In this document: positions 9,079 to 18,991 of the stretch, piece by piece | Layout: every line of letters begins with the position of its first letter | Position numbering within the stretch: position 1 is the first letter of the stretch | Made by a program: the position numbers and the translations under genes | The notes under the pieces: model-generated | What the model was told of the DNA's origin: nothing | The model's input: the letters and a program-made list of their open reading frames with translations, nothing else | Database searches by the model: none | Origin: Chlamydiota bacterium | GTDB taxonomy: Bacteria > Chlamydiota > Chlamydiia > Chlamydiales > SM23-39 | Assembly: GCA_050049995.1 (NCBI GenBank) | Contig: JASFVE010000002.1 | Coordinates: 1-50,091 of the forward strand | DNA length: 50,091 bases | Direction: 5' to 3'

Positions 9079-9777
9079 CTAAAGAAACTTTGGAGAGACT
9101 ACCATCCACTGACCTACAGGTAGTGAGTCTAATTGGATGTTACCCACACGTACTCGTTTTAACGAGCTAATTGTTAAACCTAAAAGCTCACACATACGCC
9201 TTATTTGGCGTTTTTTTCCTTCTCTGAGTATGATAATCAATGTTCGATCATTGGAGCGCTTTACTGTAGCACGCTTAAGAGGCTTGCTATCAAGTTTAAG
9301 TCCAAAACGAAGCTTATCTAATGCTTTATCAGGGACAGCATGTTGGAAGCGCACAACATACTCTTTTTCTACTTCAGAGTCAGGGCCGATAATTTCTTTG
9401 GCGATTCGACCATCTGAAGAAAAAAGAAGTAACCCTTTTGAGTTGATATCAAGTCTACCTACAACATGCAATGATTCGGAATCAATAGGATCTCCTTTAT
9501 CATAGCGGTTTTCAGGTGTAATCAATTCCTTAGCTTCTCGATAGTTTTTTTGAGGGAGGTTAGAAACAAAGCCAAGTGGCTTATTAAGGGCTATAGTTAC
9601 TTTTTGCAAGCCTTTACTGTCTAAAATTATTTTAGAATCGATGGGCACTTTTATTCCTTGGGCAGTTATTAATGCACCATTAACGCGGACGCGACCCTCT
9701 GCTATATATTGCTCAGCTTCCCTTCGTGAACATAAGCCTTGACGGGCCATTAACTTAGATACTCTTTCTTCTTCCAT
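9079..9777 (-). CDS. RsuA/RluB-family rRNA pseudouridine synthase with N-terminal S4 domain
   Basis: 232 aa. The S4-like N-terminus is RVSKLMARQGLCSRREAEQYIAEGRVRVNG. The catalytic motif is VGRLDINSKGLLLFSSDG. Confidence 0.9.
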   Translation of the reverse strand: MEEERVSKLMARQGLCSRREAEQYIAEGRVRVNGALITAQGIKVPIDSKIILDSKGLQKVTIALNKPLGFVSNLPQKNYREAKELITPENRYDKGDPIDSESLHVVGRLDINSKGLLLFSSDGRIAKEIIGPDSEVEKEYVVRFQHAVPDKALDKLRFGLKLDSKPLKRATVKRSNDRTLIIILREGKKRQIRRMCELLGLTISSLKRVRVGNIQLDSLPVGQWMVVSPKFL

Positions 9778-9866
9778 GCACCTAGTATAACATAGAAGCT
9801 AATTTCTTAAATGGGGTTTACTTGGTAGTTTTAAAAAGTATTATTAAATTTTAGAAATAAAATATT

Positions 9867-10364
9867 TTATAACATGCTTTCTTCTTTTCTTGAATTGTCG
9901 AACTTGATGTCTTTGAACATCTTTATCCCTAACAGAAATAGAAAAATCACTTTAAAGACTTCTAGAAAGATATAATAAAAGTGGATAAAAGATTTTGATA
10001 GACTTATTCCTTGTAAAACTGCCTCTACTCTTTCACTCAAAGCAGGTAAAAGCCAATATGTCTGAATAATAAGAATTGAAAGGGGTAAATAAAGGAAAAT
10101 GGAATTGGCAACTTTTAGCTTTTTTTTGGCCAGAAAAGAGCAAATCATAAGAAATATTGCTAAGGTCCATTCCACTTTATTAAGAGCTTTAAATACTAGC
10201 TGACCTACACTTAATCCAACTTCCAAAGATAAATTCGGCGTTCTGAATTTTAACCAAGCTTCCATGAAACTAATAGAACAGACAAAACCGATCCAAATGA
10301 AAATAGAAATGAAGCAAAAGAATGTGATATCTTTTTTATCGAAAGTTAGATTTTTTTTATTCAT
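9867..10364 (-). CDS. polytopic membrane protein (DUF4149-like)
   Basis: 165-aa ORF with 4 hydrophobic segments. The family call is weak. Confidence 0.45.
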   Translation of the reverse strand: MNKKNLTFDKKDITFFCFISIFIWIGFVCSISFMEAWLKFRTPNLSLEVGLSVGQLVFKALNKVEWTLAIFLMICSFLAKKKLKVANSIFLYLPLSILIIQTYWLLPALSERVEAVLQGISLSKSFIHFYYIFLEVFKVIFLFLLGIKMFKDIKFDNSRKEESML

Positions 10365-10505
10365 ATGGTCTCAAAAATTTTTCTTATAATTTAATCTAAA
10401 GGTTAAATAGAAAACTAGTAGTTTGAAGGAAAGGCAAACTCAAATTTTTCTAGCTCAGATTTTAACCTTATCCTACTATGACTGCGTTGTATATTCACTC
10501 ATATA

Positions 10506-11363
10506 ATGAAGCAGTTTGAAAAAAATATTGTTAAAAATTTTGGAAAGAAGGGGGAAACTTGGCTTGAAAATCTTCCAAGTCTTATTGAGACATTAAAAAC
10601 TCTTTGGAATTTATCTCATCTCATACCTGTATCAAATATGTCTTTTCATTATGTAGCACTAGGCATGCAAAATACTGCTTCGATTGTGTTAAAAATAGGA
10701 GTAGATCATGAGCTTACAGCCAAAGAAGCTTATGTGCTCCAAGTATGTAACGGAAAGGGATACGTGCGCCTTTTAGAATACTCAAAAAAATTTAATGCTC
10801 TTTTACTAGAGCGTATTCAGCCAGGCACTTCTTTAAAAGCATCTTTAAAACCACTTAGTGAGGTTATGGATATTTATGGACAAGTTGAGAAAACGATTGA
10901 TATACCATTTTCAAAAGCATCTTCCTTTCCGATGGTGGCTGATTGGCTCACTGCTTTAGACAAGGTAAAATATCCCGAACAGTATCACCCCATATACACT
11001 CGTGCACTTAAGTTGCGAAAAAAACTTCTAGCAGAAACTAAACAACCTACTTTACTTCATGGAGATCTTCACCTTGATAATATTCTTCTTAATGGAAATG
11101 AATGGGTTTGTATTGATCCAAAAGGAGTAATTGGTGATAGAGGGTTTGAAATTGCTGCATTCGATGTCTTTTCAAAAGAAGAGTTGCCTGTTGCAACACG
11201 TGATGAATTTCACAAAAGACTCAAAGAACTTGCAGAAAAAACATCCTATCCACTTGCTAGACTTATCGATTGGTTTTTTCTCAGGTTAAATCTTTCAGCT
11301 GCTTGGGGGATTGGCGCTTCCCTCGACCCTGAATTAGCATTAGGACTTGCTGGTCTTTTATAA
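10506..11363 (+). CDS. aminoglycoside/streptomycin phosphotransferase-like kinase (APH(6)/StrB-like)
   Basis: 285 aa. LLHGDLHLDNILLNGNEWVCIDPKG is the HGDLHxxN catalytic loop followed by an IDP metal-binding motif. Confidence 0.7.
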   Translation: MKQFEKNIVKNFGKKGETWLENLPSLIETLKTLWNLSHLIPVSNMSFHYVALGMQNTASIVLKIGVDHELTAKEAYVLQVCNGKGYVRLLEYSKKFNALLLERIQPGTSLKASLKPLSEVMDIYGQVEKTIDIPFSKASSFPMVADWLTALDKVKYPEQYHPIYTRALKLRKKLLAETKQPTLLHGDLHLDNILLNGNEWVCIDPKGVIGDRGFEIAAFDVFSKEELPVATRDEFHKRLKELAEKTSYPLARLIDWFFLRLNLSAAWGIGASLDPELALGLAGLL

Positions 11364-11416
11364 CTACCTAGTTTTTTTCTAGCATCTTCCAGTTAAATTA
11401 ATCATACTTGGAACCT

Positions 11417-11986
11417 ATGAACTCTATTTTAAAGGAATCATTTTTCTTTGTAAGACATGCTGAAACAGATTGGAATAATCAAAAGCTTTGTCAGGGACAA
11501 CGAGATATTCCACTCAACGAAAGAGGAAAGCTTCAAGCTAGACTGCTTGCTGAAAGAAGTCGTAATTTAAAAATAGAATGTATTGTAACGAGTCCTTTAC
11601 AACGAGCATTAGAAACAGCAAAAGAGCTTCATCAGGTGCATAAAGACGCTGAATTACATATTGTCTATGACCTGCAAGAGAGAAATTGGGGGGATTTCGA
11701 GGGAATTTCAAGTGAAGAGATGTACACGCTGGAAGAATTAGAAGAAAAAGACCCTTTCTACTCTCCTGGGAATAATATTGAGCCCAGAAGGAACTTTCAA
11801 AAAAGGATTCTTCATGGGATTCTTACAGCGCAAAGTTTTCATGCCCATCCACTTATCGTAGGACATGGTAGAGCCTTCCTAGAATTGTGTTATTGCTTGG
11901 GTATTCCACCAATACGTCAAATTCCAAATTGCCATATTCTTGAAATTTTTCCGACCAATAACAGTTGGAAGACTCGTGTCATCTAA
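11417..11986 (+). CDS. histidine phosphatase (phosphoglycerate-mutase-like) family protein
   Basis: FVRHAETDWN (RHG motif) near the N-terminus and IVGHGRAF (second catalytic His). The ORF is open from a TTG at 11408; ATG 11417 is preferred. Confidence 0.8.
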   Translation: MNSILKESFFFVRHAETDWNNQKLCQGQRDIPLNERGKLQARLLAERSRNLKIECIVTSPLQRALETAKELHQVHKDAELHIVYDLQERNWGDFEGISSEEMYTLEELEEKDPFYSPGNNIEPRRNFQKRILHGILTAQSFHAHPLIVGHGRAFLELCYCLGIPPIRQIPNCHILEIFPTNNSWKTRVI

Positions 11987-12029
11987 AGTTGGATGTGCTC
12001 TCTTTTAATACTTTCATTAGTGCTGCTTT

Positions 12030-12554
12030 TTATAAAGAGTCACATACTAATGAATAACTTCTAAGATTCGGAAATCTTTCTTTACAACATGTGATAAGAG
12101 CTTTTCCCAAAGGGTTCTGATATGTTTTTTCAGAATCAAATCTAATAGTTAGATGTTGTACAGATTCTATGCATTTATGAATAAATTCAGGAATTGATTG
12201 TACAAAAGTCTCTTCGTCTATTCCATAAGCATCTAATAGAATCCTAGATATGTTTACTCGAGAGTGCCTAATCCAATCAGCTGAACACCCAGGGTTGAGG
12301 TCATTGGCTTGAATATGTTTTGGTAAGCCAGGTTTGATATCTTTTCTAGTGTAAATGAGCTCTGCTTTTGTGCAATCTTGATTAAAAAAAACTCTTGTGC
12401 GTGAGTGGGTTTTGCGCGCCGATGAATCCATATTTGCCACTCCTAAACCAATATGTACTCGGTCTTTTAACAATTTTTCTAATGGTGCAAGTGCAGATGG
12501 GTTAGTATTAAATATTAGTGTCATATTTCCCCTTTTTTTAATTTTAGGGCGCAC
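12030..12554 (-). CDS. hypothetical protein
   Basis: 174-aa ORF. No family recognised. Confidence 0.45.
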   Translation of the reverse strand: MRPKIKKRGNMTLIFNTNPSALAPLEKLLKDRVHIGLGVANMDSSARKTHSRTRVFFNQDCTKAELIYTRKDIKPGLPKHIQANDLNPGCSADWIRHSRVNISRILLDAYGIDEETFVQSIPEFIHKCIESVQHLTIRFDSEKTYQNPLGKALITCCKERFPNLRSYSLVCDSL

Positions 12555-12661
12555 AATTTACAAATTTTTAGTTATATTATCTATTAAAAACTTAATTTTA
12601 ATTTAAGTCTTGTTGATGAAAATAGATTTTAACTGATATATTACATATCAAAAAAAGTGCT

Positions 12662-13303
12662 ATGGGAAATAAGATTCAAAGAAAGTTTGTCAGAGAAGAA
12701 GCCTATCTTAAAATTCGCAACTGGATTTTAGAAGGTGCTTTAGCGCCAAAAGAGAAGTTAAGAGATAAGGAATTAGCCGCTGAGCTAGGTGTCAGTCGAA
12801 CGCCTGTCAGAGAAGCACTGCTCAGGCTAGAAGAGGAAGGGTTTGTTCAAACAAAACCCAACTCATCCACTTTTGTAAGTTCTATTGATTTTCATAACGC
12901 ATTTCATCTTTATTCTATCGTTTGGACTTTAGAGAAATTAGCATTGAACCAGGCTTTTGGATCAATAACAGAATTTCATATTCAAAATATGATGCAAGCC
13001 AATGAAGAATTCTTAAAGCAAATGCAAGTCAATAATCGTTTAAAGGCTTTAGATGCAGATTATGATTTTCATGCAACTTATGTGAAGTTATCTGAAAATG
13101 CTGAACTGGAAAAAATGATTTCTGAGATAAAACGAAAACTCAAACGGCTAGATCTCTATTACTTCGACAAAGTTAACAATGCAGAGCTTTCTTATGAAGA
13201 ACACAAACACATTATAGAGGCACTACAGAAAAAAGACTTAAATGCAGCTTTAAGTGCTGTAGAAAAAAATTGGAAAAGTAGTTTTGCCCGGTTTGAAATT
13301 TGA
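12662..13303 (+). CDS. GntR-family transcriptional regulator (FadR/FCD subfamily)
   Basis: 213 aa with a winged-HTH LRDKELAAELGVSRTPVREALLRLEEEGFV and a helical C-terminal domain. Confidence 0.9.
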   Translation: MGNKIQRKFVREEAYLKIRNWILEGALAPKEKLRDKELAAELGVSRTPVREALLRLEEEGFVQTKPNSSTFVSSIDFHNAFHLYSIVWTLEKLALNQAFGSITEFHIQNMMQANEEFLKQMQVNNRLKALDADYDFHATYVKLSENAELEKMISEIKRKLKRLDLYYFDKVNNAELSYEEHKHIIEALQKKDLNAALSAVEKNWKSSFARFEI

Positions 13304-13314
13304 AGGAGAGCAAT

Positions 13315-13728
13315 ATGTTTAAAAACAAATTAGTAGCAGTGATGAATGGAAAAATTGAAACAGGAGTTATTCTGAATGCCTTAGCTCATATGTGTATAGG
13401 TTTTGGGGCAGAAATAGGAAAAGAAGATTTGCTCTTAACTGATTACATAGATGCTGATGAAAATACTCATCCTCATATATCTAAAATGCCATTTATTATT
13501 TTAAAAGCAAAGAACTCCAGTAAACTAAGCTCTTTAAGGAAGTCTGCTTTAGAATTAGGAATTAGATTTGTGGTTTTTACTGACACAATGACAATTGGGA
13601 CCTATCAAGAGCAATTGGAAAAAACAAAAAATACCAAAGAGACCGATTTAATTTATTATGGAATAGTTTTGTTGGGAGATTGGGAGAAAGTATCAGAATT
13701 GACCAAAAAGTTTTCACTTTGGAAGTAA
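13315..13728 (+). CDS. DUF2000-like protein
   Basis: AAGGAGAG lies 4 nt before ATG 13315. KLVAVMNGKIETGVILNALAHMCIGFG resembles the DUF2000 N-terminus. The gene starts 12 nt after the GntR stop. Confidence 0.45.
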   Translation: MFKNKLVAVMNGKIETGVILNALAHMCIGFGAEIGKEDLLLTDYIDADENTHPHISKMPFIILKAKNSSKLSSLRKSALELGIRFVVFTDTMTIGTYQEQLEKTKNTKETDLIYYGIVLLGDWEKVSELTKKFSLWK

Positions 13729-13751
13729 CTATAAAAACCTTCGAATTTGAT

Positions 13752-14627
13752 ATGAAAAATCTAACAATAGACAAATCACTTGTTAAGAAATTAATTTCTT
13801 CTCAATTTTCTCAGTGGAAAGAATTGTCTATTGAACCTGTTGCCTCAAGCGGGTGGGATAATCGAACTTTTCATTTGGGCAAGAGTATGTTAGTCCGTTT
13901 ACCGAGTGCGGTTGATTATGAATTACAGGTGGAAAAGGAGCATATGTGGTTGCCTAAATTGGCTAGCTCCCTTCCTCTTCCTATCCCCATTCCCTTAGCG
14001 ATGGGCAACCCAGAATATGGTTATCCCTGGAAATGGTCCATTTACCGATGGCTTGAAGGGGAACCTGCTTCTACTTCCTCTATAAACAATCTAGAAAAGT
14101 TGGCGGCTGATCTTGCGAATTTTTTAACTGCTTTATACAGAATTGACACAACAGGAGGGCCACCTCCTGGATTACATAGCTTCCATCGAGGAGGATCATT
14201 GTCGGTTTATAATACTGATGTGCATCAAGCTATTGCTTCTTTAAAAGATAAAATTAATGCTACAGCTGTAACAAGTACTTGGGAAAACGCTCTTGCAAGT
14301 TCTTGGAAAAATTCACCTGTATGGGTGCATGGTGATATCAGTGCGGGTAATCTTTTAATACAAGAAGGTAAACTTTCTGCTGTAATCGATTTTGGTCAGT
14401 TGGCTATTGGTGATCCAGCCTGCGACCTTGTAATTAACTGGACCTTATTTCATGGTAAAAGTAGAAAGATTTTTCAAGAGATGCTTTCTCTAGATAAAAC
14501 AATATGGTCTCGTGCTCGAGGCTGGGCTTTATGGAAAGCTTTGATTGTTGCTGCAGGCTTTACTAATCCAAATAACGCAGAATCAAAGCAGTGCTGGCGA
14601 ATTATCAAAGATGTCATTGCAGAATAA
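13752..14627 (+). CDS. aminoglycoside phosphotransferase (APH)-family kinase
   Basis: WVHGDISAGNLLIQEGKLSAVIDFGQLAIGDPACDL is the catalytic loop plus DFG-like motif of the APH/choline-kinase fold. ATG 13752 avoids overlap with the upstream gene. Confidence 0.8.
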   Translation: MKNLTIDKSLVKKLISSQFSQWKELSIEPVASSGWDNRTFHLGKSMLVRLPSAVDYELQVEKEHMWLPKLASSLPLPIPIPLAMGNPEYGYPWKWSIYRWLEGEPASTSSINNLEKLAADLANFLTALYRIDTTGGPPPGLHSFHRGGSLSVYNTDVHQAIASLKDKINATAVTSTWENALASSWKNSPVWVHGDISAGNLLIQEGKLSAVIDFGQLAIGDPACDLVINWTLFHGKSRKIFQEMLSLDKTIWSRARGWALWKALIVAAGFTNPNNAESKQCWRIIKDVIAE

Positions 14628-14653
14628 GTTTAAAAAAATATTAGATGTTTTAA

Positions 14654-15472
14654 CTAAACTTTAAGGATTGTGGTGTGAGCATTAATGAGCATATAGGCAA
14701 GACTTAATTGGGGAGGCAAGTCCGGTAGATTTGAAGCATCAAACCAATCTGCTGCTTCAATCTCTAGAGGATCAATTTTGATGTCACCTTCTAACCAATC
14801 ACATGTGAATCCAATAATGAGAGAGTGGGAAAAAGGCCATGGTTGACTGTGAAAATATTGAATGTTTTGTACTTTGATTCCTACTTCTTCATAAATTTCT
14901 CGAGCAACACATTGTTCGAGGGTCTCTCCGGGATCGACAAACCCAGCTAGTACACTATAAGTTTTCCCAGGAAAATGAGGGCTTCTGGCTAAAAGAATTT
15001 TTTCTTCTTTTTTTACTAAAGCCATGGCGACAGGAGCTAATTTTGGATAAAAAAGTTGTCCACAGGTTTTACATTCACGACATCGTTCGTTTTGTCTATG
15101 GAAGGTAGAATCTCCACAGCATCCACAAAATTGGGTTGTACGATCCCAATGAATAAGTTGTAAGGCTCGACCTGCTAAAGCATAGTTTTCCTCATCTAAG
15201 ATGGAGTAAAGGGGTTTTAAGTCATTCCATTTCCATATAGAAGGAACGTTATTTTCATTTTTTAGCTCACCTGCAAAAATATGTTTATTTCTCAAAGTTC
15301 CAAGATAAAGAGTTCTTTGCAAAGTAAAGTCATGATTGTAAGGCAAAGACTTCCCATCTCGTGAAATAAGCAATTTATCTTTTGAAAAAATAAACCAGAG
15401 ACCTTCTTTTGTATCTGGAAAGAGTAAACTGTTTGTAAAATCTTTAGGGGCAGCTAACGGAGGAAGAATCAT
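14654..15472 (-). CDS. nudC: NADH pyrophosphatase (Nudix)
   Basis: 272 aa with a zinc ribbon (CGCCGDSTFHRQNERCRECKTCG), a Nudix box (GFVDPGETLEQCVAREIYEEVG) and the NudC-specific SQPWPFSHSLIIGF. Confidence 0.85.
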   Translation of the reverse strand: MILPPLAAPKDFTNSLLFPDTKEGLWFIFSKDKLLISRDGKSLPYNHDFTLQRTLYLGTLRNKHIFAGELKNENNVPSIWKWNDLKPLYSILDEENYALAGRALQLIHWDRTTQFCGCCGDSTFHRQNERCRECKTCGQLFYPKLAPVAMALVKKEEKILLARSPHFPGKTYSVLAGFVDPGETLEQCVAREIYEEVGIKVQNIQYFHSQPWPFSHSLIIGFTCDWLEGDIKIDPLEIEAADWFDASNLPDLPPQLSLAYMLINAHTTILKV

Positions 15473-15724
15473 AAGAATTTAAAATTTCATATTTTTGGAA
15501 AATTTGTACTTTTAATCAACTTTGGAAAATCTTTTAAGCTTTCTTTTATTTCAGTTAAATAGATTTTTTTGCAGTGATCATTTTAGTATCATCACTGGTT
15601 TGATTGCGCAGCAAAGGGCTGGGGACATAGCATTAGTACTGCTCATATTAATTATTCTCTGCATAATGTCCCTAAATTTTTTTCTTCGTAAAATGATTAA
15701 GGTATTTAACATCTGCTAATGCAT

Positions 15725-15748
15725 CCAGAACTTTTGCTTGGAAAATTT
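15725..15748 (+). repeat. recurrent intergenic motif copy A
   Basis: ccagaacttttgcttggaaaattt. Consensus across copies is about GTTCAGAACTTTTGATTGGGGAAAATTT. Confidence 0.6.
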
Positions 15749-15791
15749 AGAATAAGAGTATAAATTTTTTACCTCTTAACTGGAGGTTTAT

Positions 15792-16226
15792 ATGAAATGG
15801 GTGCTTTATTTTTCTTTTCTAGTAACAGCTGTATTTGCTCAAGATCGACATGCATATCAGAAACATTTTCCAAAGGATCTTTATGAATGCCTTATTAAAA
15901 AAGGGTTTTTCGATGAGGGGTCTTTTGAAAGCAAAAAAGAAATACAATATGCAGAAGAAGTAGCCATGATTAGCATTAGCCTGGATGAAGAACATGGCCA
16001 GCCCTATGCATTAATTGATTATAACCGTAACAAAGATACTGGTGACTTTAGTGGGATGAAAGCAGCGTATCGAGAGGGTCACTTAATCGCTTATGTTATT
16101 TTTGATGAACTAGGGAGGGACTATCTTGCTTTTCCTCCTTTTGCAGATGAAAAAGGAATAACATTACTTATATTAGACTTAATGGGTCAGGGATACTTAC
16201 AGCTCACGCAGGAAGCTAAGGGATAA
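15792..16226 (+). CDS. hypothetical exported protein
   Basis: 144-aa ORF with a signal peptide (MKWVLYFSFLVTAVFAQ). Confidence 0.5.
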   Translation: MKWVLYFSFLVTAVFAQDRHAYQKHFPKDLYECLIKKGFFDEGSFESKKEIQYAEEVAMISISLDEEHGQPYALIDYNRNKDTGDFSGMKAAYREGHLIAYVIFDELGRDYLAFPPFADEKGITLLILDLMGQGYLQLTQEAKG

Positions 16227-16242
16227 AAGACTATTGGCAAGA

Positions 16243-16833
16243 TTATTTTAAATGTTCTTGCTTAAAGCTATCTTGTTGCAATGTGTCATGAATATAAGGT
16301 AGGGCTTTTATTATCATCTCAGATTCATCAACGTCAACTCGTTTAAATTTTTGGCCCTGCTTTTCCATGATTTCTATCAGCTGTGTTGGTTCCAACCATT
16401 CAATATTACTGCCTGCTTCAGAGTCATCAGAATCTCGCACTTCTGGATCCCAAGAATCAAGTAGGCAAGCAATATAAAGAGTTGTTTTTTCAAAAGGTAA
16501 TCGAGTGTTGGGAAGATATCCAGATAAACAACCTAAAAAAGCTATTGGCTTGGCATATGCCCCAAATTCCTCTTTCAACCCCCTTGATAAAGTTTCTAAA
16601 GGTGTTTCATTATCTTCCATACTTTCTCGCATCAAGATATAAACATCTTTGCTATCTAAAATTTTACTAAAATGATGACAAGCAACCCTTCCGGTTTTGT
16701 CAAAAAGGATAGCTCCTATGGATAAATGATAAGGTTGTTTTTGACTTGCTTGAAAAAAAGGTCTTTTTTTCTTTTCAGCTGAAAAGAGGGTAAAAACTGA
16801 AAGTAGCAGAATGCTGGTTATTAATTTTTTCAT
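16243..16833 (-). CDS. exported Nudix-hydrolase-like protein
   Basis: 196 aa with a signal peptide (MKKLITSILLLSVFTLFSA). MRESMEDNETPLETLSRGLKEEFG resembles a Nudix box (Ex7REUxEExG). Confidence 0.4.
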   Translation of the reverse strand: MKKLITSILLLSVFTLFSAEKKKRPFFQASQKQPYHLSIGAILFDKTGRVACHHFSKILDSKDVYILMRESMEDNETPLETLSRGLKEEFGAYAKPIAFLGCLSGYLPNTRLPFEKTTLYIACLLDSWDPEVRDSDDSEAGSNIEWLEPTQLIEIMEKQGQKFKRVDVDESEMIIKALPYIHDTLQQDSFKQEHLK

Positions 16834-16874
16834 AAATCCTTTTGATGTTAAGAGAAAAAAGGGACAGTGTTAGT

Positions 16875-17912
16875 TTAGTTGGAAGCAAGATTATGCTTAA
16901 GTTCCTTAATAAAAGATTCTATAAAAGCAGGTTGGGTGTCCCAAGAAGTCATCCATCGTGCGACGAGCTGCTTATTGTCCCAGATCCAAAAAAAGCTTTT
17001 TTGTTGTAATTTTTCCAAAATTTCTAAAGAGGGTAGTTGGACAAAAACTGCATTAGACTCGACAGGATAAAGAATGGGTAATTCAGGAAAGTTACTCTTC
17101 AGATTCTCTTCCAGCAGCTTGGCCATCTTGTTCGCATGGGAGGCATTCCGTAGCCATAGATCTTTCTCTAAAAGAGCAGTCATCTGCGCTGATGCAAACC
17201 GCATTTTAGATGCGAGTTGCATTTGTTGCTTTTGAACATACTTAAACTTTTGAGCAAGTCCTTCTTTTAAAAATACGACAGCTTCAGCTCCCATAAGACC
17301 ATTCTTTGTTCCTCCAAAGGAAAGAAGATCCACTCCTACATTTGTCGTAAGGTCTTTTAGTGAGACATTTAAATGTGCTGCAGCATTGCAAAGTCGGGCG
17401 CCATCAACATGCAAGAGCAAGTCATTTTTATGTGCAAAATCTGCTAAATTTTTCATTTCTTGCAGAGTGTAAACAGTCCCTAATTCTGTAGATTGGGTAA
17501 TCGAAAGAAGAGCGGGCTGCACATGATGGAGATCGCCTTTTCCATGTAAATATTTCTCACATTGCTCTGGGGATATTTTCCCGTTCTTTGCTTCTATAGG
17601 CAGTAATGAACTCCCTGTGTTAGCTTGAGGGGCTCCACATTCATCATTCAAGATATGTGCACTAGTTGAACATATAACGGCCTGCCAAGGAAGGAGTGCA
17701 TGCTTGATACTGCAAACGTTAGCTGCCGTTCCATTAAAGACAAGAAAACTTTCAGTAAAAGGGCCGAAAATCTTTTTAAATATCTCTTGCATTCTCTCGG
17801 TCCAAGGGTCCGCACCGTAAGCCATTGCGTGGCCAGTATTAGCTTTTTGAATGGCATCCATAATTTCGGGGTGGACAGGAGAGAAATTGTCGCTGGCAAA
17901 CGAACTAAACAT
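16875..17912 (-). CDS. ltaE: low-specificity L-threonine aldolase (PLP-dependent)
   Basis: 345 aa. The N-terminus has FASDNFSPVHPEIMDAI. FGGTKNG is the PLP-lysine motif. The overall length fits the threonine aldolase family. Confidence 0.8.
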   Translation of the reverse strand: MFSSFASDNFSPVHPEIMDAIQKANTGHAMAYGADPWTERMQEIFKKIFGPFTESFLVFNGTAANVCSIKHALLPWQAVICSTSAHILNDECGAPQANTGSSLLPIEAKNGKISPEQCEKYLHGKGDLHHVQPALLSITQSTELGTVYTLQEMKNLADFAHKNDLLLHVDGARLCNAAAHLNVSLKDLTTNVGVDLLSFGGTKNGLMGAEAVVFLKEGLAQKFKYVQKQQMQLASKMRFASAQMTALLEKDLWLRNASHANKMAKLLEENLKSNFPELPILYPVESNAVFVQLPSLEILEKLQQKSFFWIWDNKQLVARWMTSWDTQPAFIESFIKELKHNLASN

Positions 17913-18082
17913 ACAAACTCATTTTAAACTTTAAAGTATATGTCACTGGGAATGTGTTGTCTACGGGAAATGGAAACCGTATGTAAATTCAAGGGTTTTA
18001 TAGAAGTATTCTAAAAATTTTTCTTGGGAAAAATTCACATTAAAAAATAAAATTTTTCAAACAATTAAAATTTTAGGTATTT

Positions 18083-18451
18083 ATGACAGCTTTAGTAACA
18101 AGTACAGAAACAAGTGAGTTTGCACACGTATCATTTACCGTTCTAGATGAGAATAATGAATTACTCGAAACTATGGTTTGTAAGTGTCAAAAAGCTTTTG
18201 AGCATATACAAGAATTATTTGATAATTCTGAGGTAGTAATCACTAATGTTGTAGTATGTCGTTCTTTTGTGATATTATCCGATGGTGATCCTTCCCATCA
18301 TAATCAGACAATGGGTGATTTCCCAGGGCCATATACTTCTAAAGAGTTTCTAAAAATGATGAAATATGATGAAGGAATTTCCAATGAGGAATGGTTTGCC
18401 CATTTAAAGGCAATTGATGAGGAAGCAATGGCTTCGCTAGTTGAAGAATAA
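18083..18451 (+). CDS. hypothetical protein, paralog of 19158..19526
   Basis: 122 aa. It shares length and the motif GP(Y/F)TS(K/E)(E/Q)FLKMM(K/Q)Y(D/E)xGIS with 19158..19526. Confidence 0.6.
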   Translation: MTALVTSTETSEFAHVSFTVLDENNELLETMVCKCQKAFEHIQELFDNSEVVITNVVVCRSFVILSDGDPSHHNQTMGDFPGPYTSKEFLKMMKYDEGISNEEWFAHLKAIDEEAMASLVEE

Positions 18452-18481
18452 AGTAACGTTCTATATTGGTACAAATAGACA

Positions 18482-18991
18482 ATGGAAGACTGGCAAGGAG
18501 ATGCACATCCACATTTTAGAGAGGTTCTCGAAAAGGTATATTTACCTGCAGGACTAAGCATTTATAATTTTGAAAAGGAAATTGAAAGTCAAGAATATGG
18601 TGCCAGTCGTTTTAGGTTGAATAATCAAAAGATTGTATTTCGTGTGGCAAAGACTACTCCTAAAAAAGTTGGACAGTTTGTTACTTTATGGAAAAGGGTA
18701 GATGGCCGTATCCAACCTTTTGATATGGTCGACCCTTTCGATCTAATTGTTATTAGTATCCGCATCTCAACGCATTTTGGACAATTTGTTTTTCCTAAAG
18801 ATGTGCTGCATAAAAAAGGAATTGTATCCAAGGACAAAATAGGGGGTAAGCTAGCTATTAGAGTTTATCCTCCGTGGGATCAAGTAAATAGTAAGCAAGC
18901 GTTAAAAACACAAAATTGGCAGATTCCCTATTTTTTTGAAATCAAGGAAGAAGCAAATTCTTTAAGTGTTAAAAAACTATTTTCCTCATAG
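18482..18991 (+). CDS. MepB-family protein
   Basis: 169 aa. ESQEYGASRFRLNNQKIVFRVAKTTPKKVGQFVTLWKR...GQFVFPKDVLHKKGI matches my recollection of the MepB domain pattern. Confidence 0.6.
   Translation: MEDWQGDAHPHFREVLEKVYLPAGLSIYNFEKEIESQEYGASRFRLNNQKIVFRVAKTTPKKVGQFVTLWKRVDGRIQPFDMVDPFDLIVISIRISTHFGQFVFPKDVLHKKGIVSKDKIGGKLAIRVYPPWDQVNSKQALKTQNWQIPYFFEIKEEANSLSVKKLFSS

Noticed and set aside
15522-15719. A 65-aa ORF with a TTG start between nudC and 15792.
   Set aside because: It has a non-ATG start, no Shine-Dalgarno sequence and no recognisable family, and it lies in a divergent promoter region. It could be a small membrane protein, but the evidence is insufficient.
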